A DNA stretch of 64,000 nucleotides from Porphyridium purpureum (taxonomy: Eukaryota). The translations under genes were made by a program, and so were the position numbers. Shown here piece after piece: positions 11,352 through 21,569 of the stretch. The stretch lies in the NCBI GenBank assembly GCA_008690995.1, contig VRMN01000001.1:2356001-2420000 (forward strand). Reading direction: 5' to 3'. Position 1 is the stretch's first letter, and each line of letters begins with the position of its first letter. Under the pieces are notes generated by a model. It searched no databases, was not told the DNA's origin, and was given only the letters and a program-made list of their open reading frames with translations.

Positions 11352-11780
11352 GTGGTGACCAGGAGCAGCAAGTCACGTTTGGTGGGCAATCAGACAAAAG
11401 CAGAACGTAAGGGTCTCATCGAAAGTATCAAAAATCGCCTTCTCATGATTAAGTGTGGCGCGCTTAGCCGGCCGTCTCAAGAGTACCCAATGGAGATTCG
11501 TATCATCTCTGCGCCAAGCAAGCCAGACAGTGAAGACTCTTTGTCGCAATGTGTCGACAACAAGTCCGGCCAGGAGAACGAGGAGCCGGGCAGGGAGAAC
11601 AAGGAGTCCGGTCAAATCCATACCACGGGGTCTTGCGCGGAGGAGCGGGCGGGACGCTCCAAGAGCCGGGAATATGGACCTCACCATCGTCGTCCACACA
11701 ATTACCATCACGCTCCGGCCCGGCCGAGCTCGAACTCGCGGTGCCTTTACATGAAGAAGCGCAAGGTCTCCGGTGAATAG
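11352..11780 (+). CDS. Small orphan protein, tandem family copy 2 (frame open from 11259; true start uncertain)
   Basis: Ends ERAGRSKSR...RPHNYHHAPARPSSNSRCLYMKKRKVSGE. DNA similarity to copy 1 is mostly third-position differences in the motif. Confidence 0.5.
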   Translation: MVTRSSKSRLVGNQTKAERKGLIESIKNRLLMIKCGALSRPSQEYPMEIRIISAPSKPDSEDSLSQCVDNKSGQENEEPGRENKESGQIHTTGSCAEERAGRSKSREYGPHHRRPHNYHHAPARPSSNSRCLYMKKRKVSGE

Positions 11781-13108
11781 TTCTTGGCTTGTTTCCGTCA
11801 GACAGTTCGACAATTGTAAAAATGTGAAAGAACAATGTGGAAAGCAGACCACAAGAAAAACGGAGCGTTGCTCACTACAGCTTTGTTTCTAGCGAATCAA
11901 TAGAGACTGGATGTACGGACTCCGACGAAAGGTGCCCCTCCTCCGTATCCTCCATTCGGAGAAAGCCATCCCAGATAAGTGTTTTCGCGCAGCCAGATCC
12001 CATGCGGCATGTTCTTCAAGACACATCAAAACATACACGCGCTCTGCCATGGCGTCATCTCTGGCACTCCGACGCTTCCATGTCCTGGCCGGATTGCCGT
12101 AGTTCCAGAAAGACTCTCACATGGCCGCGAGAGATCGCAGCCCGTCCGCCGGTAAATGAGGTTTCCCAGGCCGCCTGACACCATGCCCAAGACCCTGCTT
12201 AACAGTTTTGCCAGCTGGGGTCATCCGGCGTCAACCAGGACTAACTCGCTGCCACGCAATGCCTTGCGTCACGCGAAAGGCCCTGCATGGCAGCGCATAT
12301 TTGATATGCCCCCGTGCATTTTCCCATGCGTGGAAGCAAGGACGGGACAAACGAATACTGGCTGGCTCGCTTTTCGGCTGACGCTGTTCACTTCTTCCCG
12401 TATCATGCCTTTCCTGGGTTCGCGCACACCGTATCCGGAGCGCATGCTCCAAACTGCTTTGCACACCTGTCTGTCCTCGCATGACCCGTACGATTTCACT
12501 TTCGCACCTGTTGATTTCGTCTACACTCGGTTTTTCTCCCCCTCCGTGCTGACTTGGATTGTGGAAAAGATAATGCTCTTTGTCACTTGATCTCCAACTC
12601 GCGCTTGATACATATTCCCGCATGAACACATGCACCCTCACGTAAACGTATGTGCAACCTGCAGCCCTCCGCCGTTTCTCCGTAGCCTAAAATAAATGCT
12701 GAACGTGACGGCCAGGTGTCGTTGAAAAGACAAACATACACAGACACAGACACACACACGCACATGAAAAGCGACTTCCCCGACGCCTTGCCGATTCGGA
12801 TCTTGCTTAATCAGAATTCTGGTTTTGATTTTTTACTTCTCGGCTGTTGTGCAACTGAACAAGGGTACCGTTTCGATGAAAAGCAGGCGCTGGCAAAGCA
12901 CGGGGCTTGATCTTCTTGTGATTCAAGTGCTAACCCGCAGGTTGACGCGTAGCTTTCAGATACGTAATCGGCCTTTTCCAATGATCTTTCGTAGCTGTGC
13001 CTGCATTGTGTCTAGTCAGATATCGCGCGACAGCACGTGAAAAGCATACGTTTGTGCTTTTTGAGAGTCTCCGTCGCGATATTTCGCAGATTCTGGTGCG
13101 GAAGGACA

Positions 13109-13537
13109 ATTGAGCTGTCTCGCGAACCCAGACGCCTATAAAGGCATGAAGCGAGAGAAAGGCGAGGACGTTTCGACGGCAGTGATTGCAGAGCAGGTCC
13201 AAACCAAGAAGAGGTAACAGGGCTGCTACGGGATACGAATACGCAGAGCTTCGGAGAAGACACGAAAATGACGATTTGCGACGAGTTTTCCAGGAGCTCT
13301 TCTCGTGACTCGTGTGACAGCAAGGCCACTTGCCACGAGTCTGAGCCATCGCTACGTACTGAGAACTGGTCGGATTGCCAAGAATCAATGCAAGATTCAA
13401 CGAGCGAAGGGCGCGTTGGACGGGAGAGGACGAGGGATAACGAATTTTCGCGCTCTCGCCGCCAACGCCGACACGCACCGGCACGAACATGTGCTTCTAG
13501 GCAATGCCCATGCAAAATTCATCAGGTTTCGGCTTGA
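13109..13537 (+). pseudogene. Tandem family copy 3, possibly decayed (in-frame TAA at 13139; ATG-started ORF 13268-13537)
   Basis: Ends GRVGRERTR...HAPARTCASRQCPCKIHQVSA. The upstream same-frame LSREPRRL resembles LSRECKRQL of copy 1 but is followed by a stop. Confidence 0.4.
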
Positions 13538-16500
13538 CTGCATAGAATTTAGACGTCTTTCTTTAATTTAAAATTGAGTCGTTCATCCAACTTCATTTCC
13601 CTGGAAGTCAAGTAATGTCACTACCTTGAGGTGCGCGCGCACTGGTCGCTTTCTTCACACAGTTAAGAAAGCCAGGAGAAATTCTCGAACCAAAAGACTA
13701 ACCTGCGCTTGCGAACGAGTGCGCCAAGATAGTGTACCAAAGCCCGTGTGCCAAATAGAATCTGCATTTGTGCGATCGGTGAATTTTCCTCTCCTCTGCG
13801 CGTCGGCTGGGAAAGCAGCGGCCAGGGTACCATCACTGTTGTCTGAGCCTTCAAATGACGCTCGCCCACTACCCACATTCGCAACAAACCGAACGAACAC
13901 TGCACGGCACCAAGTTTTCGCTCTTTCTCCGCACACCAACGCGGTCATCAATGTCCTCGCCCTTCCGCCGAGCTGCCAGGCTGCGATGAGAGAGCATTCA
14001 TTTCGTGATTCCCAGCAAGGTCAAGTACTTAAGTGCCGTTTCATCTCTTTCGATGTCGAACGGCGCACCTATTCTGGACAGTTTGCGACTCTGGTTTCGC
14101 ACCCGTGCGGAGAAGCTCGTCTCCACCGGAGACATGAAACTTCCATTCCCGACTTTTGCAATATGAAGGTGGAAAGAAGCGAAAGCCCAGAGAGGCGGAT
14201 TGACAGGCTGTATACAGGCCGCATACAGTCCACCTGCTCCTCGCCAGCGCGGGAGGCGGTGCGATTACATGTGTCCGCGGCTGGTAAGTGAGCCTGCAGA
14301 AAGAACGCCGCAACGCGCGGCAGTCCAGGAGCACGTCGATTTGAGCCGACAAGTCAGACTTCTTTCCTTGCGCTCGTGGAAAAGGCTGATTGAGTCAGCT
14401 TGAGCGCAAAGAGAGCGCGTGCGTTACGTGTTCCACAAAAGCGCATGGGGCATGCCCCATGTGCTGCGTAGACTTATTATTTTTCGCTGCTGGAAAGAAA
14501 TGATCATGTGTGTCGAGGCTGTATCAGATGCCGATTTGGATCGTAATCACTAAGTGTCTATGACAGGCGCAGGCTTCTCGTTGAACGGTAGTCTGCTATA
14601 CCCGTCTGATGAGGCGGCCGGAAAAAGACTTGGGCGTGAGGCGCAAGAGCAAGCTGTTGAGCATGGCGAACATGGGTTTGTTCGATTGCGGTTTGCCGGC
14701 GACATCGGGACCCCCTGGACGGCGTTCAAGTGGACACATACGGCAGGAACGACTTGGAGCAAATGACCACGAGACAACGAGAAGGAGCCTGCTCGGAACA
14801 GCGTTTCAGGTGTAAATCAAGACTGTTCCACCGCACCGGTACCCTCTCGTCGCGCTGCTCGCCCAGGTCGTGATTGTCTTCGGTATGTGCGAGTCTAGCC
14901 ATATGCTGGAGGCTAAACGCCGCACGCAGTGTAAGAACCAACTCAAACCAGACTTTGCGCACCTTCAAGAGGTCGAGACTGGTGATAGACTGGAGCATGC
15001 GGAAGACATGCTGCGCAGGTGCTGGAGCGTTATGGCACTTATTCTAGCGACCTTGAAGGATGTGTTGCAGGGCTTGGTGCTGGCGGGCAACGACAATACG
15101 CAGGACGGCGGACTGGCAATAAGTGCAGGTAGGCTCTTCGTCATGAATGACTCCTTCGGGCACAATATTACCCAGCTCGTTCTATTAACTCAAAGGAGAT
15201 TTGAGTCATCACACGGCTACACTGAAAAAAGGGCGGCCAGATCCGGACCTCTGGAAGTACTGAACCCGCTTTCCTGGTGCTCCCAAGTCCGAGGATAGCG
15301 CGTAAGGGCTACTGACGAATTCACAAACGTCACTTGCGTTGTGGATCAAGGCCATCAAGGGTATAGCGTAGCTGGGGCTTGCTGCTTATCTTGGCGTGTG
15401 AGATCGGGCAGGCGGTTCAGGACAGAGGTTTGGACGTCTTCTTTTAATAAGCGCTGATAACAGATTCATTCGACCCGTGCTCGCGTCTCTCGATCACCTC
15501 TTTCATCTCGGCTGGCCTTTTGGTCGCATCGAGCACGAGCTGGGGCACGACGAGCCTTGTATTTCGAATTGCCGCACCCACGGTGTGCATTGCGTCCACT
15601 GATTCCAACCTCATTCACGACCTGACGGTTAGCGCGATTCCGTCTGGTGCAGTCTTTGATGCACGCGCAACGGCCATTCAAGGCACAACAGTCCAAGCCG
15701 CCATGTCGTCTAGGTGCGACTTGCAGGCGCGCGTGGTCAAGCAGCTTCCATACCCCATTTTGTTGGACATTGTGGCTACTTTCCTTGGTCTTGTCAAGGC
15801 CAGCGACGAAGATGCGTCTCGGGTCGACCTTCTGGCACTCTACTTTTGGCTTTATGTTTGCGGTTTTGTTCAAGCCTGTTGTTGGCGTGCACATCAATCA
15901 CGCCGAGTCAAAGCTGCGTATCTTCACACGACTGAAGAAAGCAGTACGCATACGCAAGCTACGAAAGGAGCTGCGCGTGTTCAGAGAGGTAATTGTGGAA
16001 CGGGAGGAGTACGTGGGTAACTTTCGTTCCAACATTTCGTCGACGTCGACCGTTTCCGACTCTTTCTTGTACCGACGAGAGCCGAACGAGATTTCAAAGC
16101 CAGGCCCTGTGGCGACCAAGGCTCATTGAGGATCTCTTTAACAATCGCACGAGCCCGATCCTGAGCTCGCGCGCCGGATGCGGCCGAAAGAGGAGGCGGT
16201 GAACGAGTCCGTCGCGCAGGACGACGCCAGACCCGGATGAGGAGCAGCCGCCGCCGACGCGGCGCAGAGCATGGAGATAATTGAACGCTTTGTCTTTGAC
16301 CTGACCACAGAAGGCGTCGTTCGAGCTTGTCCACACCGATGCAAGCATTTCGCGAGTCCACCACGCACCTGGTAGCTGCACGCACGCGCACTGCACGCGC
16401 CAACGATGGAGGTACACGCAAAGGTACACTCAACTTGTGCGCGGCGCTGAAAGCCTAATAAAACGACCACTTTGAATCGGCGTTGTGTGGAAGGGATGAA

Positions 16501-16749
16501 CGTGTGCCGGGACGGATAAAAGAAGGTGCGTAAGCTGTGGACGCTCGGGCGGGAGCAGCGCGGTGCTCGCGGCGCCGGCGGTGGGACGCGATGGCCGTGG
16601 CATTTTTGCCGTCACCGGGAGCGAATGGCAGCTCGTGGGAATGGCTTGTCTGGATGCGCCCGCGTACGGCGCTGCTGCTGCGCCGCTGCGAAAGGAGCGA
16701 GCCGGACCCTCTACGCCCGCGTCGATGCCGATGTGCTCGGAGGGTTACT

Positions 16750-18132
16750 ATGAGCGCCGGTCTTGAGCAGGACCAGCAGGCGGTGCGTGAAGTAGGTAGG
16801 GCGCGCTCGGGAAAGGTAAGGGCAGCCACCGGCGTGTCCGCGTTGCCCCGGCCGATTCGTGCGCGGGCGGGCTCGCTCAGAAAAAGAAAGGCGATGGGCA
16901 TTCAGCACGGACTGGACGCAAAGACTCAAGCGAGGTTAAAGTCTGTGCCCACGAGAGCATCAGGTCTGTCGTCTCAAAGCGCCGCCGCCAAGCGAGCCAA
17001 GGCAGACGTGGACTCGAGCGAGGAGTCTCATGCCAGGGCGCTTGAGCAGCATGAACGCGAGGAGCAGCTCAGGAGGCTCGCATATCAACAGCACGTGCGG
17101 GAAATAAGAAGAAATAGGGAGCGTTTTCCGCCGCCTCGAAGACTGTTGAGCGACCCGCGAGACTCTTACAGTGTGGCGCGTAAGTTAAGCCAGGTGTCGC
17201 GTCCCGCGCTCGACCGGGACCTACCATCCGGCCCTACGAATCTGCAATCATCCATCAAGTCTAGTCGCGTAGCCTTTGAACAGGTCGGTGCCACGAAAGT
17301 GACCACTCTCAAGCATGCCACTGTCCCGGTCCTGGCCCCGGTCCCGGAAGCCGCAGATGGAAAGCAGAAGCCGTTTGGCTATTGGACAAATATACTGAAT
17401 ATGCAAGCCGAGCTTGAAAAGTTCCATGCGTCTCGCACGGATCTGTTGAACCCGTCGTCGCGCCCGCTGATTCCAGTGTACACTGTGCTTCTAAAAGCTG
17501 GCCGCTCGGATCTGCACAGTGCCATGCGGCGGCTTGGGGGGCGTGAGGAGCTAGCGCGTCAGCTCAAGATGCCGCTCGAAAAGGTGATTCACTGGCGGCA
17601 CAAACGAAAGGTGGACGAGGATTGTGTCGGGAGCATGGCTCCGCTGTCGTCGAAACCGGCCTCGTCACCGGTAGCTCGCCGCAAGCCTCCGGGATTCTGG
17701 CAAAGTTTTGAAATGTTTGGTGTGGAGTTCACAAAGTATGTGAACGAGCATTGTGACGGAGTTATGCCATCGTTTAAAAAAATGCGCGAGGACAAGCAGT
17801 ACTCGTTGATTCGAGCGCTCAAACTGCACGGTGGCGTCGAGGCCGCACACACTCGCCTAGGAATTCCGTTGCGCGTGGTGCGGAAGCGGAATGGATTCTG
17901 GAAGGACCGTGCGAACGTGGAGAGCGAATTGAATGATTACCTTTACGATCGCGTTTACAGACTGGGCACTCCATTGCCACCGCTGACGACCAACGAATTG
18001 ATTGCCCAAGGGCGGGGCACACTGGCGAAAGCTATCGCTGCACATGGGGGCTGGGCAAGCTTCCCCGAAGGCGCCAGTCTTTTAAGAAGAAAAGCCAAGA
18101 CGGAAGCCTGCGAAACTGAAAACAGTTTTTAA
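16750..18132 (+). CDS. Protein with disordered basic N-terminus and three helical repeats of about 65-90 aa (K-P/R-x-G-Y/F-W...L...GG)
   Basis: Repeats KPFGYW..GRSDLHSAMRRLGG, RKPPGFW..QYSLIRALKLHGG and RKRNGFW..GRGTLAKAIAAHGG. The start is uncertain (16750 or 16894). Confidence 0.75.
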   Translation: MSAGLEQDQQAVREVGRARSGKVRAATGVSALPRPIRARAGSLRKRKAMGIQHGLDAKTQARLKSVPTRASGLSSQSAAAKRAKADVDSSEESHARALEQHEREEQLRRLAYQQHVREIRRNRERFPPPRRLLSDPRDSYSVARKLSQVSRPALDRDLPSGPTNLQSSIKSSRVAFEQVGATKVTTLKHATVPVLAPVPEAADGKQKPFGYWTNILNMQAELEKFHASRTDLLNPSSRPLIPVYTVLLKAGRSDLHSAMRRLGGREELARQLKMPLEKVIHWRHKRKVDEDCVGSMAPLSSKPASSPVARRKPPGFWQSFEMFGVEFTKYVNEHCDGVMPSFKKMREDKQYSLIRALKLHGGVEAAHTRLGIPLRVVRKRNGFWKDRANVESELNDYLYDRVYRLGTPLPPLTTNELIAQGRGTLAKAIAAHGGWASFPEGASLLRRKAKTEACETENSF

Positions 18133-18167
18133 CCGTAGTCGGAACACGTTGCTTAAAAGTACACATA

Positions 18168-20447
18168 TTATACAGTTGCGAGAGATCCGGCTTTGGTCAC
18201 GAGGCGGTCCACCCATCGAACCGCCCCGCACCAGCGGAGGCTTGCCAGAATTTTGAGAGGCATAACTAGCAACGCGGCTAGAGCAGCGCTCGAGTCCTTC
18301 GATAACCACACAAAAACACGCGGATGGCACGACGCGCGAACACCATTCACCACGATGTTTTGGTTCCAAACGAGAGCGTTCACAGCCCGTGTCACACCTG
18401 CATCTTTAACGCTGAGAACGTGAAGCACATGACCCGCCGCGGAAACGAGTTGATCGCCTTGCGCCAATTCGCCGATTGTTGCTAAAGCTGGCTTACCGTG
18501 GCGCCGCGTATACACCATGTGATGTGGCGTGCCTGTCAACTGCCCCGTTCCACCATTCTCAGTATCCCAAAAGTGAACCACCAGCATCGGAACACGCACT
18601 GCAAAGTGATCATCCCGATGCTGAAGCAAAACAAGTCGCTCAAATTGCGTTGTCGCTGCATTTTCAGTACCAAACGACTCGACAAGGTCTCCTTCTTCAA
18701 GTTCGTCCAGTCTCTTCGTCATCACTAGACCTGAGGAAGGCTCTCGGACGCGCACCATGCTGTCTGCAGCGAAGCACGCCGCGCCAACATTCGAGCCATC
18801 ATTCGAACCGTCGTCGGTCACATTCGGCATGTTAGGTTGGTTGGGCCCTCCGGGATACACGAGGCCCCGCGCGTCCGCGCTGAAGCGCACGGCTCGCATC
18901 GTTCCGTCAAACAGCTCCATGCCCGAAGGACGAATGTATCTACTTTCCAATACGAAGCCGTCCGTGGCCGAATACGTCCTAGGACGTAGCTCGATTCCGA
19001 CCGACATCAGGCCCAGAGCGCCGTACGAATAGTCAATTGAAATGCCTGCAGCTCGGTAAAGCGTAGTCGATGCCGGACCTGACGTGTAATTCAGCCCGTA
19101 TCTCGCGGTCATGGCAGACGCGATCGTGTCGGCAAAGGTATACAACGATTCGTCGTCCGCACGGTCAAACTTGTACGCGTAAGGTGCGAGCACAAGCTGA
19201 CCGTAAGAGTGGACGTCGACATAAAACGCGATGCCCCGCTCGCCCTCAAGCAAGCTTCGGATGGCTTGGGTCTCCGGTTCACTGAATGCCTCCGTGCCGC
19301 GGAAAAGCGAAGAACAGATGTCATTGGAAGAAGTCGAGACACCTCCAAAACCAACAGGGTAATTGCGGTTCAAGTCGACCCCGGTGCAGGGCGAGTCTAA
19401 ATCCACTGCGCGCCTATTTTTGCGCCAGAAGCGATTGCGTTCGAATGTGTGCACGTATCCATCCGGGTTGACAATCGGCACCAGCACAAGCTCGACATTG
19501 TCCAGTAAGGCTACGATCGCCTTGTCTGTCTTCTTCGTATACTGCAAGCACAGAACTTCGGCAACGTAAATCACTGAGCTCACTGCAATCCATTCACGCG
19601 CGTGCTGCAGCCCCGTCATGACTCCGCGCACCGGAGACGACGAGGATGTGCGACCCACTCGAAAAGCATAAATGGGCCGCCCACTGGATGAGGCTCCCAA
19701 CGTGACCAGACTCAGCACCTCGGGATATAATTCGACCAGCTCCTCCATGTGTTTGTAGACGTCATCCAGATCTCGGTAGGTGTCGTAGAACGAAGAAGCA
19801 TAGAAGGTTCCGTTTTCATCCGTTGATTGGGGTAGAGGCTCTGGGCTCGATTCCGGAGAGACACTGGAGGTCCCATTCGCGTCCACGGGTTCCTCTGTAG
19901 TCTCGCTGCTCTCTTCCTGTTCGTCCGACGGATTACCTTGCCGGCCGAGCCCATCCATCTGATTTGAATGGGACTTGACCGCTGAGTCAAGGAACAATTC
20001 AGCGAGGCTATGGAGTACCACTTCCAGATCCGCAGGCGGTTGTAATGCCTCCAGCGCGGCCAACTGAGATTCGGACACGAAAATGCAAGTCCGCTCACCA
20101 TCATATCGGAGCGCATCTAAATCACCTTCACAGGTCTCGAATGCCCCAAGCGACGCCATCAAGTCGCCAATGCGCGTGGCATCCTGTTCATCCTTGGGGA
20201 AGACCGATACCGCAGCATATCCAAGCACGTCTTCGGGGGTCACACTCTCGCGCACGCTGAGAGGCACGAACGCCAGATTATTGGCGTCGACGTGCTCACG
20301 AAGACTGCGTGATTGCCGCGGAGCGTATACCCGACTCACGATCTGCTCTCTCACTTGAGTTGGTACGCCTTCGACACGCATCAGCGCCCCAGACCATAAT
20401 GTCAAAAACAGTACTAAGCACAGACTGATACATTGACACCTCTTCAT
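18168..20447 (-). CDS. Secreted M14 zinc carboxypeptidase fused to a C-terminal Hedgehog-type Hint domain
   Basis: Signal peptide MKRCQCISLCLVLFLTLWSGALMRVEG. M14 motifs are HAREW, NPDGY, WRKNR, GVDLNRNY, FSEPET, DVHSYGQ and IELR. The Hint begins at GAA|CFAADSMV (Cys codon 18774-18776), with LEEGDLV, TPHH and IVVNGVRASCH. Confidence 0.9.
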   Translation of the reverse strand: MKRCQCISLCLVLFLTLWSGALMRVEGVPTQVREQIVSRVYAPRQSRSLREHVDANNLAFVPLSVRESVTPEDVLGYAAVSVFPKDEQDATRIGDLMASLGAFETCEGDLDALRYDGERTCIFVSESQLAALEALQPPADLEVVLHSLAELFLDSAVKSHSNQMDGLGRQGNPSDEQEESSETTEEPVDANGTSSVSPESSPEPLPQSTDENGTFYASSFYDTYRDLDDVYKHMEELVELYPEVLSLVTLGASSSGRPIYAFRVGRTSSSSPVRGVMTGLQHAREWIAVSSVIYVAEVLCLQYTKKTDKAIVALLDNVELVLVPIVNPDGYVHTFERNRFWRKNRRAVDLDSPCTGVDLNRNYPVGFGGVSTSSNDICSSLFRGTEAFSEPETQAIRSLLEGERGIAFYVDVHSYGQLVLAPYAYKFDRADDESLYTFADTIASAMTARYGLNYTSGPASTTLYRAAGISIDYSYGALGLMSVGIELRPRTYSATDGFVLESRYIRPSGMELFDGTMRAVRFSADARGLVYPGGPNQPNMPNVTDDGSNDGSNVGAACFAADSMVRVREPSSGLVMTKRLDELEEGDLVESFGTENAATTQFERLVLLQHRDDHFAVRVPMLVVHFWDTENGGTGQLTGTPHHMVYTRRHGKPALATIGELAQGDQLVSAAGHVLHVLSVKDAGVTRAVNALVWNQNIVVNGVRASCHPRVFVWLSKDSSAALAALLVMPLKILASLRWCGAVRWVDRLVTKAGSLATV

Positions 20448-21569
20448 GTTTGTGGCAGCAGGCGTCACGGCCTGCTTCGAGCGTGACCAGCCAGCACACC
20501 ACCAGTCTGGACCCGCTTGCAGCCGCCTGCACCCCAAACCTTACCTGTCGACACTGTATTGATATATATACCAGTCGGATTCAAACGTGCTGAGTGGAAT
20601 TAGCGTTCCGCACTCTTCTTGAAGAACCAAACCTCACCGCGAGCATGCGCCTCATGCGAAACTCGCTACGAATTTCACAGCGCATTACACACGCGAACGA
20701 CAAACCCAGGCCAAAAAGAAGGAATGACGGCATCGTAGGTTCGGCGTGCGCCCTGTTGCTGTCTGCTCAACGGGTTGTTAGCGCCACGTGCTTTGCATTT
20801 TCGCGTCCTGTTGGGACAGAGTCACCAGTACACGAGCCACTGGAAGACAGATAACCGCCCTGTTCTTCCTTCCTGCTCCGGCAAGCCCTGCACGCAGCCG
20901 GCGCTCGATATCCAATTCGACCGTTTTTCATATGAGCAGAAGTCGAAAAAAGTAAAAATAAAAATGCAGAGCCGGGTGGCTGCCCAAGCACGCTTCGGGA
21001 GGGTGTGCCCGGTGTTTCTAGTAAAACGCCGCCGTTTCATAGGGACCCTGCGCCAGTTCCACGGAAATGGGTGAGTGCCTGCCACGTGTTGGCGCGGGCT
21101 CGGTGCGGTTGCGCTGCCGGAATGGACCAATCGGACGCTTGAATTCGCCGCCAGCAGCAGCGGCCGGCGCCCCATGGACAAGGTGAGGCGCTCCCCGCAC
21201 CGCGCGCGTTGGACAGACCCCGTTGCCTCGCGTGAGTTCCGCGTCAGCCCGCAACTGCCCGCAACTGCCCGCGTGCACGTTGGAGCGTTCGCGCGGAGGT
21301 TACGTGGGACGCGCGCATGCCGCCCCCGCGCTGTGGTGACGAAGCGCGGCGCAAGAGTCATTGCACCCGGTCCTCGGCGCACAGGAGCCCCGTCCGTACT
21401 TTTTGGAGTGAGCGCAGAATGAAAGCACTAATGGTTTCAACTTTCGAGGGCAACCGAGAAACATGTTCGGATCATCCACTACAAGTTTGAAATGCGGGTG
21501 TTTTCAAATGATTTTCATATTTTTGCACACCTCACTATACTCCTAATGTCCCCTCTAGGTGTGATCTGG

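Noticed and set aside
18168..18776. Hint domain as a true protein-splicing intein or mobile element
   Set aside because: It is C-terminal, lacks the His-Asn splice junction, C-extein and endonuclease, and ends in Hedgehog-type ASC
20550..21560. ORFs 20822-21382 (-) and 21075-21422 (+) and a 10-bp tandem repeat near 21247
   Set aside because: Arg/Ala-rich translations typical of GC-rich noncoding DNA; probably promoter or 5' UTR of the carboxypeptidase-Hint gene
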